The notes beneath the pieces are model-generated. The model saw nothing but the letters and a program-made list of their open reading frames with translations, had not been told where the DNA came from and did not search any database. 64,000 nucleotides of DNA, taken from assembly GCA_964247055.1 (NCBI GenBank), contig OZ176051.1, forward strand, positions 10,850,001 to 10,914,000, given 5' to 3'. A program made the translations under genes and the position numbers. The DNA is from Paragordius varius (taxonomy: Eukaryota; Animalia; Nematomorpha). How positions within the stretch are numbered: position 1 is the first letter of the stretch; every line of letters begins with the position of its first letter. Below, piece after piece: positions 26,032-37,708 of this stretch.

Positions 26032-29000
26032 TTAAAATTCGTCAGCCAAAGCTTTTAACGCATTTATTAATTCTAGGGTTAAGGGTTCATCATTAAAGGC
26101 AATTAGTTTATGGTGTTTTCCCGTTTTAGGGTTTACGCTAGTTTTATCCCTGTACTGCTGGTTATCATCGTCTGTATCCCGAATAGGTTTGGTGAAGGTG
26201 TCATCTAAAAAGTCGGATTCATATATGGTAGCAAACATGGCGTCAATTTTACATAAGGATTTAGGTTTTAAATGTCTCCCCACGACTCGTTTTATAGCTG
26301 TGTGACATTGTTGGATGAGATCTTGAAGGTGTTCGCGGTCATAACTATATTTCACGCGTACAAAACTATCCAATGTCCAAACGAGGGAACGAAAAGTTTT
26401 CAAAAAGATTTGACCACTCTCCAACTCCTCTGTAGAGAAAACGTCGTGTTTTGCTAATACAGCAATTTTCATACATAATTTAATTATATTTTTGATTAGA
26501 TTATCGGGTGTAACGGGTTGTTTCAATGAAAAATTAGATAATGAATGTGTAATTTGTTTGTTTGGAGAATTTTGAGCAGATGTTTTAATGTTTTTGTCAG
26601 GACTAGTAGTTATTTGACCTTGTTTATTTGAGTTTATACTAGTAATCTGATTTTCATCCGGAATAGTGGAAGATCGGAGCAATAAAGTCAGCTTTTTGAC
26701 TTGAGAACGTGGGGGAGAATGGTTATTATTCCGTTGATTTTTTTGAGGATTGTTTATATTTAAGTTTTGATTTGATAACGACCGAGGTGGAGATTCTATT
26801 ATATAAGAGAAGCATTACAATTTATTTGTAAAATAATGCATGCTAAACATATAATAAACTTTTAATTATTCTCAGATTGTGCACGTATGCTCCTGTATAT
26901 GACCAAAAACAAAAATATATACGCGGTGATAGATAATTATATGACATTTAACTCTGAATCGTCATTATAGTTTAATGATTTTGATGGGTTTAAATTTTAA
27001 GCTTTGATTTTTTAAGAAACTCAAACAGTTTCACTCAATAGTAAAGCGGCAAGCTTCGGTAATCGTAACAAATATATATATATATATATATATTTTAAAA
27101 TTTAAATGCTTAAAATTAAATTATTTTAATACCATATAAAAATATTTATATTTTTTACATTTGTGGTCCAACAAACTGATATTAATGATGACTATAATGA
27201 AATGCTCACGTGATCCTACGATTAACGCATTGGCCATATATAACACAGTGTGCAGCCGAAAAACATCCATTTATGAATCATATATCATTCGATAGCTAAA
27301 AGATCCATGTTAATGAATATATCAAATATAAATGCGGTTGACAATACTAGAAAAAGGTCTGTTTCAATTCTCCTATAAGCCAAAAACAAATAGCATTCTT
27401 GTCGCACATTAGGTCGAAAAAAATTAATACAACTGAGAAAAACGCTCCATGATATTTTATTTGATTATATATAATTTCTACACCTTGTCATTAAGCATTT
27501 TAATGCCATTTAGGCTGTTGATAGCTTTAGCTTTTGGGCATAAAAACTCTGCAAACTCAATCGATAGATTTCTCCATTTAGTATAGTAAAGGTATATATA
27601 AGATTTATATTGGATGTTTTGTAAAAATTATATACTATTTCCGCTTTGGTGAAAATTACGAATAATTTTTTAATTAAGTTCGCGATATATTGGGTAAACT
27701 AAAATAAAATTTAAAAATTTTATTAAATGACCGTTTTTTAAATTCGAATTTAATGCTTAAAGTCCAATTTTTTGGGATTAATTCTGTATGTCTCTTAAAA
27801 GAACCTCAAATTTTAAATCTTTATCATTATTATTTTGCACTTAGAAATTAGCAATAAAATTTCGTTGACGCGTTTTTCTCTGTTGTATTCAATTTTATTC
27901 AACGTAATGTGCGACAAGAATGAGATTTGATTTTGGCTTATGGCAGAAAAATTAAAATAACTTTATTTTCTAGACTCAACCGCCTTTATTTTTGATATCC
28001 ATTCTCCTGCAGCTTTAAGCTACCTAGTATATCATTCATAAATAGAGCTTTTTTGAACACCGATTTTGCCGCACAATATAATAACGATGAATGCATATAA
28101 ATCGATCTCATGATTTTAAATTCTCTTTTCATTTAATCAAATGATATTTTTGTACTTTTATTATACAGTATAGACCTGTATTAATGTGGGATTTCAAGCA
28201 ATTATTAAATATCATTAATAACTATTAAAAATATTAATGAGTCAATAAAATAAATTGTAAAAAATAATATGTTAGTGTTTAAAATGCTTAATATAATGGA
28301 TTCTTTAAATTAATTTATGATTCGAATTATGATTTGCAAATCATGTCCATATATAATACTTCATTACCTTTTCATGATTTTGGGTTAGTTTTGTATTCCG
28401 GAACTTACACTTGTAAATAAACTTCTGTTTTGAGCAGTGTTTTGGTTAAAATTTGATTATTAAACATTATTCATCTGAATGAGATTAAAAAACCTATACT
28501 TGATACAGTTTTTTAACATATAAAGTCCATCCATTGGGCTAGCTTCAAATGCCGTTTGGAACAGGCAGCAATTTATATAAAATTCCAAACTATTTGCTTA
28601 AATGTAATATGAAAGCTTTAATTTAATTATATACAATCTTTAACCCTAATATACATTTATTTGCATGTTGTATTACCTATTTTGAAAAAAATGACGGCAA
28701 AATTGATGTGATGAATTGTTACAGTTATAATATTTTAAATTTTTATTTGAATCATGCGCCTAAAAGGCGGGCTTTAGAATATATATTTTTAAAGCCGGAT
28801 ATCTCAAACATTTTTTGTTAGAAGTTAAAATGCTCTTAAGCAAGGGTGTTCAAAACAATTGGCATCGCGGGCCGCATTTTTGATTTAAATAATCTGGCAG
28901 TCGCATTTTAATAAATATGGGTAGGTCTGAAAAAATCAAATACATTTTAACAATTTCTACTAGTTTTTGTCAGTTAGGTAGATCTAATCAGAAAAATCTT

Positions 29001-30611
29001 TTAAGAAATAACAATTTACTAAACTTTTTTAAGCAAATTTTTGCAAGTTATAGATTCTAAATTTTTCGCGGGCCGGACATACAGTCTCTGGAGACAGCAT
29101 GAGCCTGCGTGTTGGTCACCCCTGCTCTAGGGAATAAAACCACCGAATATATTAAACTTTAGAAATCAATGCTCAAAGTTGATGTATAGTCTCGAAATTT
29201 ATATCTGCATTTGAATACAGCTTATGTGCCTGACCGCGTTGTCTTACACCCACAAAAGTTTTGGCATAAATTATACCGTCCCTTTTAATTAATTTATCCA
29301 CAGCGTGTCAATTATATGATTAAATTTTTATTGAGAAAAACATTTTTAAGATATTTACATCATAGCGGAAATATTGAATAATTTATTTAATACATTAATT
29401 TATAGCGAAAAAAATTAAATCGATTAAGTATAAATTAAAAATTTTTAAACAGGAATAATTTTATATCAATTGACGGGTAACTTCCTCAGTTCACAAAACT
29501 GGGTCGATAAATGTTTCAATAGATATTTTAAAGATTTTAAAAATTATACGCTGCTCGCTAAAGGCAACTTATAATAAAAGAATTCTTTTTCTATATACAC
29601 TTAATTTATTTTTAAAAATGATGTTTTAAAGCTAACTATATTAAAAAAATAAACTTTATACCGCATAATCACAAATAAGGAATGCTAAATAATGATTGAG
29701 ATCGATTTTTAAGTATTACAAAATGAAACCGTATATTTAGAATTATCTCATAATAAAATTAAGCTGACGCGTTCTTAAATATTTATTTTTGTAGATTGTA
29801 CAAAATATCGATAACACCAAGAATTAATACATAAAGCCCAGTATTTTTAATTCGATTGTAAAAGCTTAGTTTTTGACTATTTTTTTGTGTGTAATATAAA
29901 AACATTGTCCGAAAATCTTACGAAAAATTACAAGTATTTAATTATTCCCCTTTTTAAATATAAACAGACATCGGTATATTAGTCGGTAAGAAATTGAGTA
30001 TCTAAACTAGAAAAAATAGAAGGCACCTGCAAATCAATGTTTTATTCTTTGGGGCGTTGTGGTGGTTTGATTAAATAAAAAAAATTCCGCATTAAATCGG
30101 GTTTTTACCACTGTATTGTATCGTGTGTTTTGTAGCTATGGAAATGTTAATAAAAAAAGGCTTGATTTAAGTCCCACATATTGGCATGACTTAAACTTGA
30201 ATTTTAAATTACTAGGCTTGGTTGAAGATGTAATAACAGATTTGAAATATATAGGCACCCGAACCCACCCTTAAACTATGTAGTGCTTGCAGGTAATATA
30301 GTGTAAATGATATATAAATAAACATGCATATATATACTTTTTGTTTTGTGTCTTTGTTTTTGCAGAGTATTGTGTTTTTTAAGAATGTCGTAGAAAGCGT
30401 CAATCAACCGTGCTCCATTATCATTTATCATCATTTTTACCAGCGTTTTATTGTTACCGGCCATTTTGCTGAATAAGTTTTTTTGGATTTTTAACGCCAT
30501 AGATTGTTTTGATCGTTTGTCTGACAAAATATCGTGAGATTCTCCTGTGAGTCCAGGATCTGTGGATGAACTCGGAGATTCGAATTCGGAATCTAAGAAT
30601 GTTGTTGTCAT
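26032..30611 (-). CDS. TNFAIP8: TNFAIP8/TIPE family protein, 2 exons, 345 aa
   Basis: Exons 30611-30338 and 26795-26032 join in phase 1 (1038 nt). SMALKIQKNLFSKM, INDNGARLIDAFY, LIKNIIKLCMKIAVL..HDVFSTEEL and YSYDREHL..LIQQC....V.RHLKPKS align with TIPE motifs (LAVQAQKKILGKM, IDDTSSEVLDELY, IKNLIKTVIKLAIL, YTFDR..L, RHLTAKS). Confidence 0.9.
27330..27985. mobile_element. ~650 bp MITE with long inverted termini, in the TIPE intron
   Basis: GCGGTTGA..TAGAAAA..ATAAGCCAAAAA..ATTCTTGTCGCACATT..AATACAAC.GAGAAAAACGC is inverted against GCGTTTTTCTC.GTTGTATT..AATGTGCGACAAGAAT..TTTTTGGCTTAT..TTTTCTA..TCAACCGC. Confidence 0.65.
28841..29124. mobile_element. hAT (Charlie-like) MITE
   Basis: Termini CAAGGGTGTTCAAA and GTTGGTCACCCCTG, internal GCGGGCCGC motifs, and a partial 8-bp TSD (CTCTTAAG / CTCTAGGG). 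Confidence 0.7.
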
Positions 30612-31952
30612 AACACTTGAATTTATAATTATAGATGATGATAATTCGATTTGCACTAAAAGTCAATTTTTAAAGATGTATTTATTTTAATGTAATTTTT
30701 GTAATTAACACCAAATAGGATAATTTAATAGAAATGATATATTCTATTAAATAAGGGGTTGTTACACATAACATTTGAGGATAAAAAACTGGAAGTTAAG
30801 CGGAAAATATGAACTAAAAAATGATGGTTCTATGAGCTTTATGTAATAAAACAAATAGCTAAAGGGTTTGCCTTAATTGTGGAAAAAAGATGTAAATATT
30901 TATTATTATAAGCAAACAAAAACTATAAAATAAAAAAAACAAAAACGATTTTTAAAATATAGCTGTGTTAGTTAATCTTCTAAAGAAAAAAAACAACAAA
31001 TTATCATTTTTTTCACACAAAACGTACGCATGCAGGTAGAGAGAAGGTGCCTTTTTACATTGTGTATAGCTGCTGTATTTTTTATATATGGAAGAGTATA
31101 TTATTATTGATAATTATTATAAAAAAGGTAGAAGGGAAAAACCTACGATTATATATGAGTGAAATATTGATTATTTAAGTTAACAATATTGTTATTATAT
31201 TAATATTATTTTTCAAAGACATGTTGTCTAATCTTTTATAGATATGATTCCTTTCAATGTGTACCTGTATACATGTAAATTTTAATATAAAAAATGGTTG
31301 TATTTATGGCCTTAAAGGTACCCAATCCGGCTTTTAACTAATAGTGTTTTCACTTAATCTATGGGCCTTTTTAGGCTTCACATTTCGTTGTCAGAAAATA
31401 TATTTCTAAAATGAACACAAGATTGTCACGCGTTGACATAGTTAAAATCAAATATTTTCTTGATTGAATGAGGGTAAAGAATTGGAAAAAATATGATTAT
31501 GTATGGTACATAAATTAAATATCAAACTCGGACAAATATTTATGAGTATCATATATTTTATCTAAAATGGGGGGCTTATTTGTAAATAATATATATATTT
31601 AGTGTGATTGCCTTACACGTTTTTAAATATAGATTAACAAGGACGATGTTTTAAATTTAGGATTTTTAATAATGTGAGAAACTCATTTTGGGACTCCCGG
31701 TGAATGATATTTGTTTAAAACACAAAACGCAGCGGTCATGTGTTGCCCTACTAAAATAGAGTAATTGATAGATGCAATATATGAGGTTATATCAAATGGG
31801 CCTAATGTTTCCCACAAAATTACTAAATACACTCGATTTTTTGTTCAAAGTAATTTAAAAAGGGCGCTGGAATAATTTAAAACAAATAATTAGCTTTTTT
31901 GAAACCAACTTGTAAAAATCAGAGAAACAAACCTCAAAATATAATTTTTATC

Positions 31953-32279
31953 TTACCATTAGCACCTCGAATTCCCCCTTGTTGAAATACACCCTCATTA
32001 CAAATTTACCCTATATTTAAATTTTACCTTTAAATGTTTCAGATTCATCTAAATTATGTTTGTAAAAACCAAAAATTCCTATATTTTTGGATACTTTCGA
32101 ACAATGAAATTTTTAAAAAATAACATAAAAACAAAAAAAGTGATAAATATAGCCATAAAAAACAAATATTAGGTAAAAAATGAAGAATGAATTTAAAGTA
32201 TTTAAAGGTAAATTTGAAACTTATGTGGACGTTAAAATGTTTGAGGGTCGAAGAATTCGGGATTCGAAGTGATGGTAAT
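31953..32279. mobile_element. Palindromic MITE, same family as 17607-17818
   Basis: TTACCATTAGCACCTCGAATTCCCC is inverted against GGGATTCGAAGTGATGGTAA. Shares CAAATTTACCCT with the other copy. Confidence 0.55.
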
Positions 32280-32707
32280 CTCTACCTTAATGTTTATTGC
32301 TGGATGTTTAAGTTAAAAAACATTACTATATTTTAATTATATCTTTATACTAATCTAATCACATTGTAAAATAATTAGCTCATACAAAACCGCACAGCTT
32401 AAAACAATGTGGCAGAGCCAATTTTGCGACTCAAGCAAACCACCTTGTTTGGAATAATTAAAAAGGAAACAACTTGCGAGGACAAAAAGTAACTTGGCAA
32501 TTTGTGAATATAATTTCATATCTAGATCATTTTTTATTAATAATGTATGGCTAATATTATTAAATTTAACCATATCCGAATAATTTTATTAATTCGATTT
32601 GACCCAAAAAAAACTTATAAATCATAATTAATTTTGAGCCTTAGAGTTAGCCAATTTATGCCTTCGATTCCTCTGTCAATTTTTATACCTTAAATTAGGT
32701 TTTAAAG

Positions 32708-32738
<31 letters not shown>

Positions 32739-32894
32739 GGTTTGTCAACATTAATGTATCTATATATATTGTGAAATTATTTATACAGTGACAAGAAAAC
32801 AGTTTTACTAACATAAACCGATTAATATATAAATAATGAGTGTAACATCAATTATAATATTTTATAGCTACTTTAAATTAAATAAAAAATAGTT

Positions 32895-34421
32895 TCAATT
32901 AAAATGAATATGCGTATTTTTGTTCCGTAATTTCTTAAACAGCCCTTGATAAAGCGATATAACAGTAGTTCGTGTTTCAGGCAAAATGTATACAAACAGC
33001 CATGGTCCTATGCTAGATTTCAAAAACTCAAGGGCAAACAAAAGCGGGTAAAATCGTGTTATATCATCTTGGGCGAAATCATCTTCCTCAACATTCGGGT
33101 CATAATAGGTGTCTATGTAAAAGAGCATAAGAACATACGTGGGGATGGTCAGGGCCTGCAAAAACACATGAGTTAAACATAAATTGGTTAGCGTTAAATT
33201 ACGGGATAATACCAATTGGCCAGCCACATAGGGCTGACCTTTATCGTCAAAATCTTCATAGGTGTATTCTGCAACACTTCCATTTTCTCCATCAAGGACA
33301 CACGGACCCTGAATGGCCGATCCTTGGCCATGCAGAAATTGACTTTCACGAGCACCCAGCGGGATAACAGTTTTGCGCTTTATGCGTAGACGAGGTATAG
33401 CTAAAGACATAGATCTTCTCATCCCGCCTGATGTTGTTCCCGAATTCGTAGTTGCCGGTGCATTAAAAATATTTGATCTTTCAATTGTGATACTTATTGC
33501 ACTTTCCCGCCTTTTTTGTTTGATGACATTCATTACGCGTTTAAAACCTTTGACAAACGGTCTCACAAACAGGTAATAATTCAGTGCAGTGATATGAGGC
33601 TGATTTGCTACTAAAAGTGATAGTAAGATAGATATCATAGTCGTTATTAATGTTAAAAGATCATCAATGCGCCTCATTCGCGCCCATCTGTTATTGTTAT
33701 TATTTTTTAAGCGCTTGTATCGCATGAATAAAGTACAGCCGGTTAACCAATACTTGCTTTCTAGCCCAATCTTGTACCAAGCTATGCGCAACATGCTAAT
33801 TCCTAGCCCAGCGGAGAGTGACAATAAGGATAGAAGTATCAGAAAATCACTGTTTGACATCAAAAATTTCATCCAAAATATGCTTGATACCAATTTAGAA
33901 CTTAATATGGTTCGGTATTGCACAATTTTGGTTATTTTAGAGTCTCGCCTACCGCCTGCACCCCCTGCATGGATTACTTCTGGTTTAATCTTTTTTAAAG
34001 AACGACTTTCTGAGTTAAGCAAACGTTCAAAGGTGAAAATCAGAACTAGAAAGGATTGAGTTTTCCCCATCCAACCCCATAGGACTGGATGAAAGTGAGA
34101 CATGTAAAGAAGCCAATATAAATTATATGAGAAATCAAAACGCCACACTTTCCCGATAGTGTAAGCCCACGGCCAAAAAAACGCAAGGATCGATATTATT
34201 AGATTCAACCAATTAATGAAGTTGAATATGAAAATACCACAAGGATAAATTTCTTCCATGTAACTGAAGGATTGAATAAGCAATCCGTTGGGGAAATATC
34301 CAATGATAGCCATGATTGGTATCACTATTATATATACAAAATCAAATTGAGACATTGAAGATTTCAGAGAAGCGAAATTAATTATATAAATAAGCGGGTA
34401 ATGAGATGGAAAGGAAATCAT
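32895..34421 (-). CDS. Intronless orphan rhodopsin-like (class A) GPCR, 508 aa (alternative start at MSQFD)
   Basis: Seven hydrophobic segments, TM1 G..PN, an ERL triad (TFERL) at the end of TM3, long basic second and third intracellular loops, and TM7 followed by a helix-8-like PETRTTVISLY. Confidence 0.78.
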   Translation of the reverse strand: MISFPSHYPLIYIINFASLKSSMSQFDFVYIIVIPIMAIIGYFPNGLLIQSFSYMEEIYPCGIFIFNFINWLNLIISILAFFWPWAYTIGKVWRFDFSYNLYWLLYMSHFHPVLWGWMGKTQSFLVLIFTFERLLNSESRSLKKIKPEVIHAGGAGGRRDSKITKIVQYRTILSSKLVSSIFWMKFLMSNSDFLILLSLLSLSAGLGISMLRIAWYKIGLESKYWLTGCTLFMRYKRLKNNNNNRWARMRRIDDLLTLITTMISILLSLLVANQPHITALNYYLFVRPFVKGFKRVMNVIKQKRRESAISITIERSNIFNAPATTNSGTTSGGMRRSMSLAIPRLRIKRKTVIPLGARESQFLHGQGSAIQGPCVLDGENGSVAEYTYEDFDDKGQPYVAGQLVLSRNLTLTNLCLTHVFLQALTIPTYVLMLFYIDTYYDPNVEEDDFAQDDITRFYPLLFALEFLKSSIGPWLFVYILPETRTTVISLYQGLFKKLRNKNTHIHFN

Positions 34422-34974
34422 TAGACAAGAGATAAGTTATACAAATTTGTTCTTATTAATTATAATCTATAGTTTCCTGTAAAATTTGGAAATAATATTT
34501 CCAATAGTAATATATTTACCTATACGGTTCATAATTTGGATGTGCGATTGATATATTTTTAATTATGCAAAAATATATATGTCATTTTGAAACTAAAGAT
34601 AAATTGTTCAATATTATGTAATAAATACACATATAAACAACTTACCTATAATAAATTAGTAAGATTCAAATTGTATCAAAAGATTCAATTAAGGTTTTAC
34701 ATTTCTTCAGGACTGACAGAGATGATAGAAGCAGTTACGAGGTTACCTCATAGGCATATGAGTCGAACTCCTAATAATTATACCTAGTTAAATCATTGAT
34801 TGAATCTTAATATTTTTGATTTTGCTTCCAGGCATAATAAAATTTAATAATAAATTCGATAACAAGCTTATGACCGGTTATTAAACCAAAGATGAATTTG
34901 TACATTTTCCCACCCAACAATTTTTACCCATTTTATTCCCACTTTCTCTTTTAATGACTCTAATTCATCTAAAC

Positions 34975-35176
34975 CAAGGGTGTCCAACACAAATGGCTTC
35001 GCGGGCCGCATTCGAATTATATAGAGGGATTTATGAAAAAAACTCTAAAATACAAACAATTAGTTCTTCCTAATTGGTTGAGAAATATCAAGTTTATTAA
35101 GCTTACGTGAACATATTTTTCTAGATTATGAAATTTCTACGGTCGCGCAGAAGAAAGGGCCGCTTGGACACTCCTG
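34975..35176. mobile_element. hAT (Charlie-like) MITE
   Basis: CAAGGGTGTCCAACACAAATGGCTTCGCGGGCCGCATT ... GGCCGCTTGGACACTCCTG, with a partial TSD (ATCTAAAC / TTCTAAGT). Confidence 0.75.
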
Positions 35177-35654
35177 TTCTAAGTTCTGTCACGCTTATAG
35201 AAGCCCTTGCTATAAACCTTTTAATATTTTTGTGCATTAGGTTTTAAGGTAAAAATCGGCCAATAGCATTTAATAAAAAAATTTAGCTATAACTCAAAAA
35301 CTCGAATGACGAAATTCCCTTAGATGTTTCTGTAAATTATAGTACTCTAAAAATATAATTTTATTTTAAAAGCATAATATATTAGGTTCAAAGGAATCAG
35401 ATAAAAAATTAACGTTATTCTTACTATTCACGATTTTATTATACGAAGGATTTAGTCAATCGTAATTAAATTTTTTTTACATATTAATAGGGTTAAGTAA
35501 ATTGTCGTTAATTTATTTTTTAATTAGTGAAAAGCACCATTAAAAAGAAATTTAGGACTTAATTTGCATTTTAGGGAGGTGCCCAAATATAACAGTCAGA
35601 AGTCGTTATTATATGTAAAGTGTAAATAAGATATAATATTATAGTAATATTATT

Positions 35655-36730
35655 TAAGATGACGCAGTTTTTCGCGGGTAGCCCCCCAACCAGGGAAACA
35701 AAGAAATGCTCGATTAAATTTTTTCCATTTGGGTAATATCTGGAATCATGATTGATTCTATATGCTCTCGTGGGATATTCGAAAATTGCCTCAAAACCAA
35801 TAAGTCATTCTATGGTGGCGCATTTCCAGTGCAAGGGCCTAATTAACAGTTAATTTTAAAAAAACATTCGATTTGAATTTTTGCTTTTTTATGGGTAATA
35901 TCTGGCCCTTATTAAACTTATATGGACGTTTTCTGAAAATTAACTCCTAACCAACGCAGTTTTGATATGGCGGCGCAGTTTTAGGCGCTCCTTACCCACA
36001 GGCTGATACAAAAAAAGAGGATTAAAATTTTTATTTTTTACGGAGAATATTTGGAATCATCATTCATTCCTTATGTTCTTTATAGTTTTTGGTAGAATGG
36101 CTACAAAACTAAATAATAGTTGAATGATAGCGCACTTTTTAGAGCATAAACGGCCTAATTAACGGCTATTTAAAAAAAACAACTCGACTTAAATTTTTGC
36201 CTTTTTACAGGTAATATTTCAGGCCCTTATTAAACTTATGTGGCCTGAAAGTTTCTGAAATTAACTCCTAAAAAACTCAATTTTGATATGGTGGCGCAGT
36301 TTTAGGCGGGTAGCTCCCTACCCAGAGGCTGATACAAAAAAGCGGTTGATTAAAATTTTTGCCTTTTTACGGAGATTACCTGAAATCATTATTGATTCCA
36401 TATGCACTCATTAGTTTTTGGAAAAATCGCCTGATAACTTAAAAATCATTCTATGGTGGCTCCTTCTGCTAATTTTAAAAATCCGCTCGACTTTAATTTT
36501 TGCCTTTTACACGGGTAATATTTTAAGCACGGATTGAATTCATATGACCTGATAGGTTTTCTGAAATTTAGCCCCAAAGGCACACTATATAGATATGACG
36601 GATCATTTTTTAGCGGGTAGCTTCTTACCCGGCAGCTAATATAAAAGAAACGCAGGACTAAAGTTTTTGCCTTTTAACAGGAAATACCTGGAATGCTCAT
36701 TGAATTTTTATTGTCTCATACCTTGGGGGA
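35655..36730. repeat. Higher-order tandem array: ~315-bp dimers of diverged ~155-bp subunits
   Basis: The motif GA(T/C)TAAATTTTTGCCTTTTTACGGG..ATAT recurs at ~35712, 35870, 36020, 36186, 36348, 36489 and 36656. GCAGTTTTAGGCGGGTAG..TACCC recurs at ~35661, 35974, 36296 and 36605. Confidence 0.8.
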
Positions 36731-37708
36731 AAATAGATTCAAAAAATTATTTCTGTGGTTTTTTTGAAAAAAATGGCATTTTACGAGGAGAACGGGTAAA
36801 AAGAGAGCTTAAATTAAAAAAGCGAGCCGACTATGTTTGGCGCAATCAAAAATAAGTAAAAAAAATCATATTTGAAATCGAATCCAACACGTTATCCAGA
36901 AAAATGTCTCAAAGGCACGATTTTTGTGGACTTGTGTTTTCAAAAAAACCGTTTTTTACACTGGGTGGGCCCGAACTGGGGGCCTAATTAACAAAAATGG
37001 CGACGCTATTGTCGGGACATTCATTAATGATTATATTTTTCGATATTTGGATTTGAATGGTCTACCGGTTTTCCGGAAACCTTTCCATTTTAAATATATA
37101 GATATATTCTTTTTTTTAAGCAACGTTATTCTATCTATAAACATATGTTTATAGATATTGGAGTTAAAAATCTCGTTATGTTTTTATTATAAACATGCAA
37201 AATATTAAAAAAAATCCTATTGAAAATATATTGTATAAATAAAAATAAAGTTGGATATAAAAATAATAATCAATAAAAAAATAAAACAATTAAGTTATTA
37301 ACAAAAATCGTTTGAAAATCAATTAGCCATCAAATATTGATAATAGAATAATAAATATCACTCTCTAAAATCAACTAATCATTGGCCTTAAATTAAATGA
37401 ATATATAATAAATTGTCATAAAATAAAAAAATTTGTCTTTAATTTTAAAAATTTTTTGCTTTTGCTTAAAAAAATGTTGTCTTGGATTAAAAAACTTGCA
37501 TTTGGATAAAATGTTGTCTTTAAATTATATATATAAGCTTTCATTATTATAATAACTCGTTTTGTACGCGTCAGCACATGAAGTATTAAATTAAAAACAC
37601 AATCTGACCTCCCTTATAATAATTTGTTTTGAATTTAATTTAATATACGCTCGTTATTAATCATTATATTATGTTTTAGAATCGATAATAATTTGCAGAT
37701 TAATTAAA

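Noticed and set aside
28330-28570. Possible Tc1-like transposase trace on the - strand (HSDE; HEKVM..IW)
   Set aside because: The motif matches are too short and too broken to distinguish from chance by eye.
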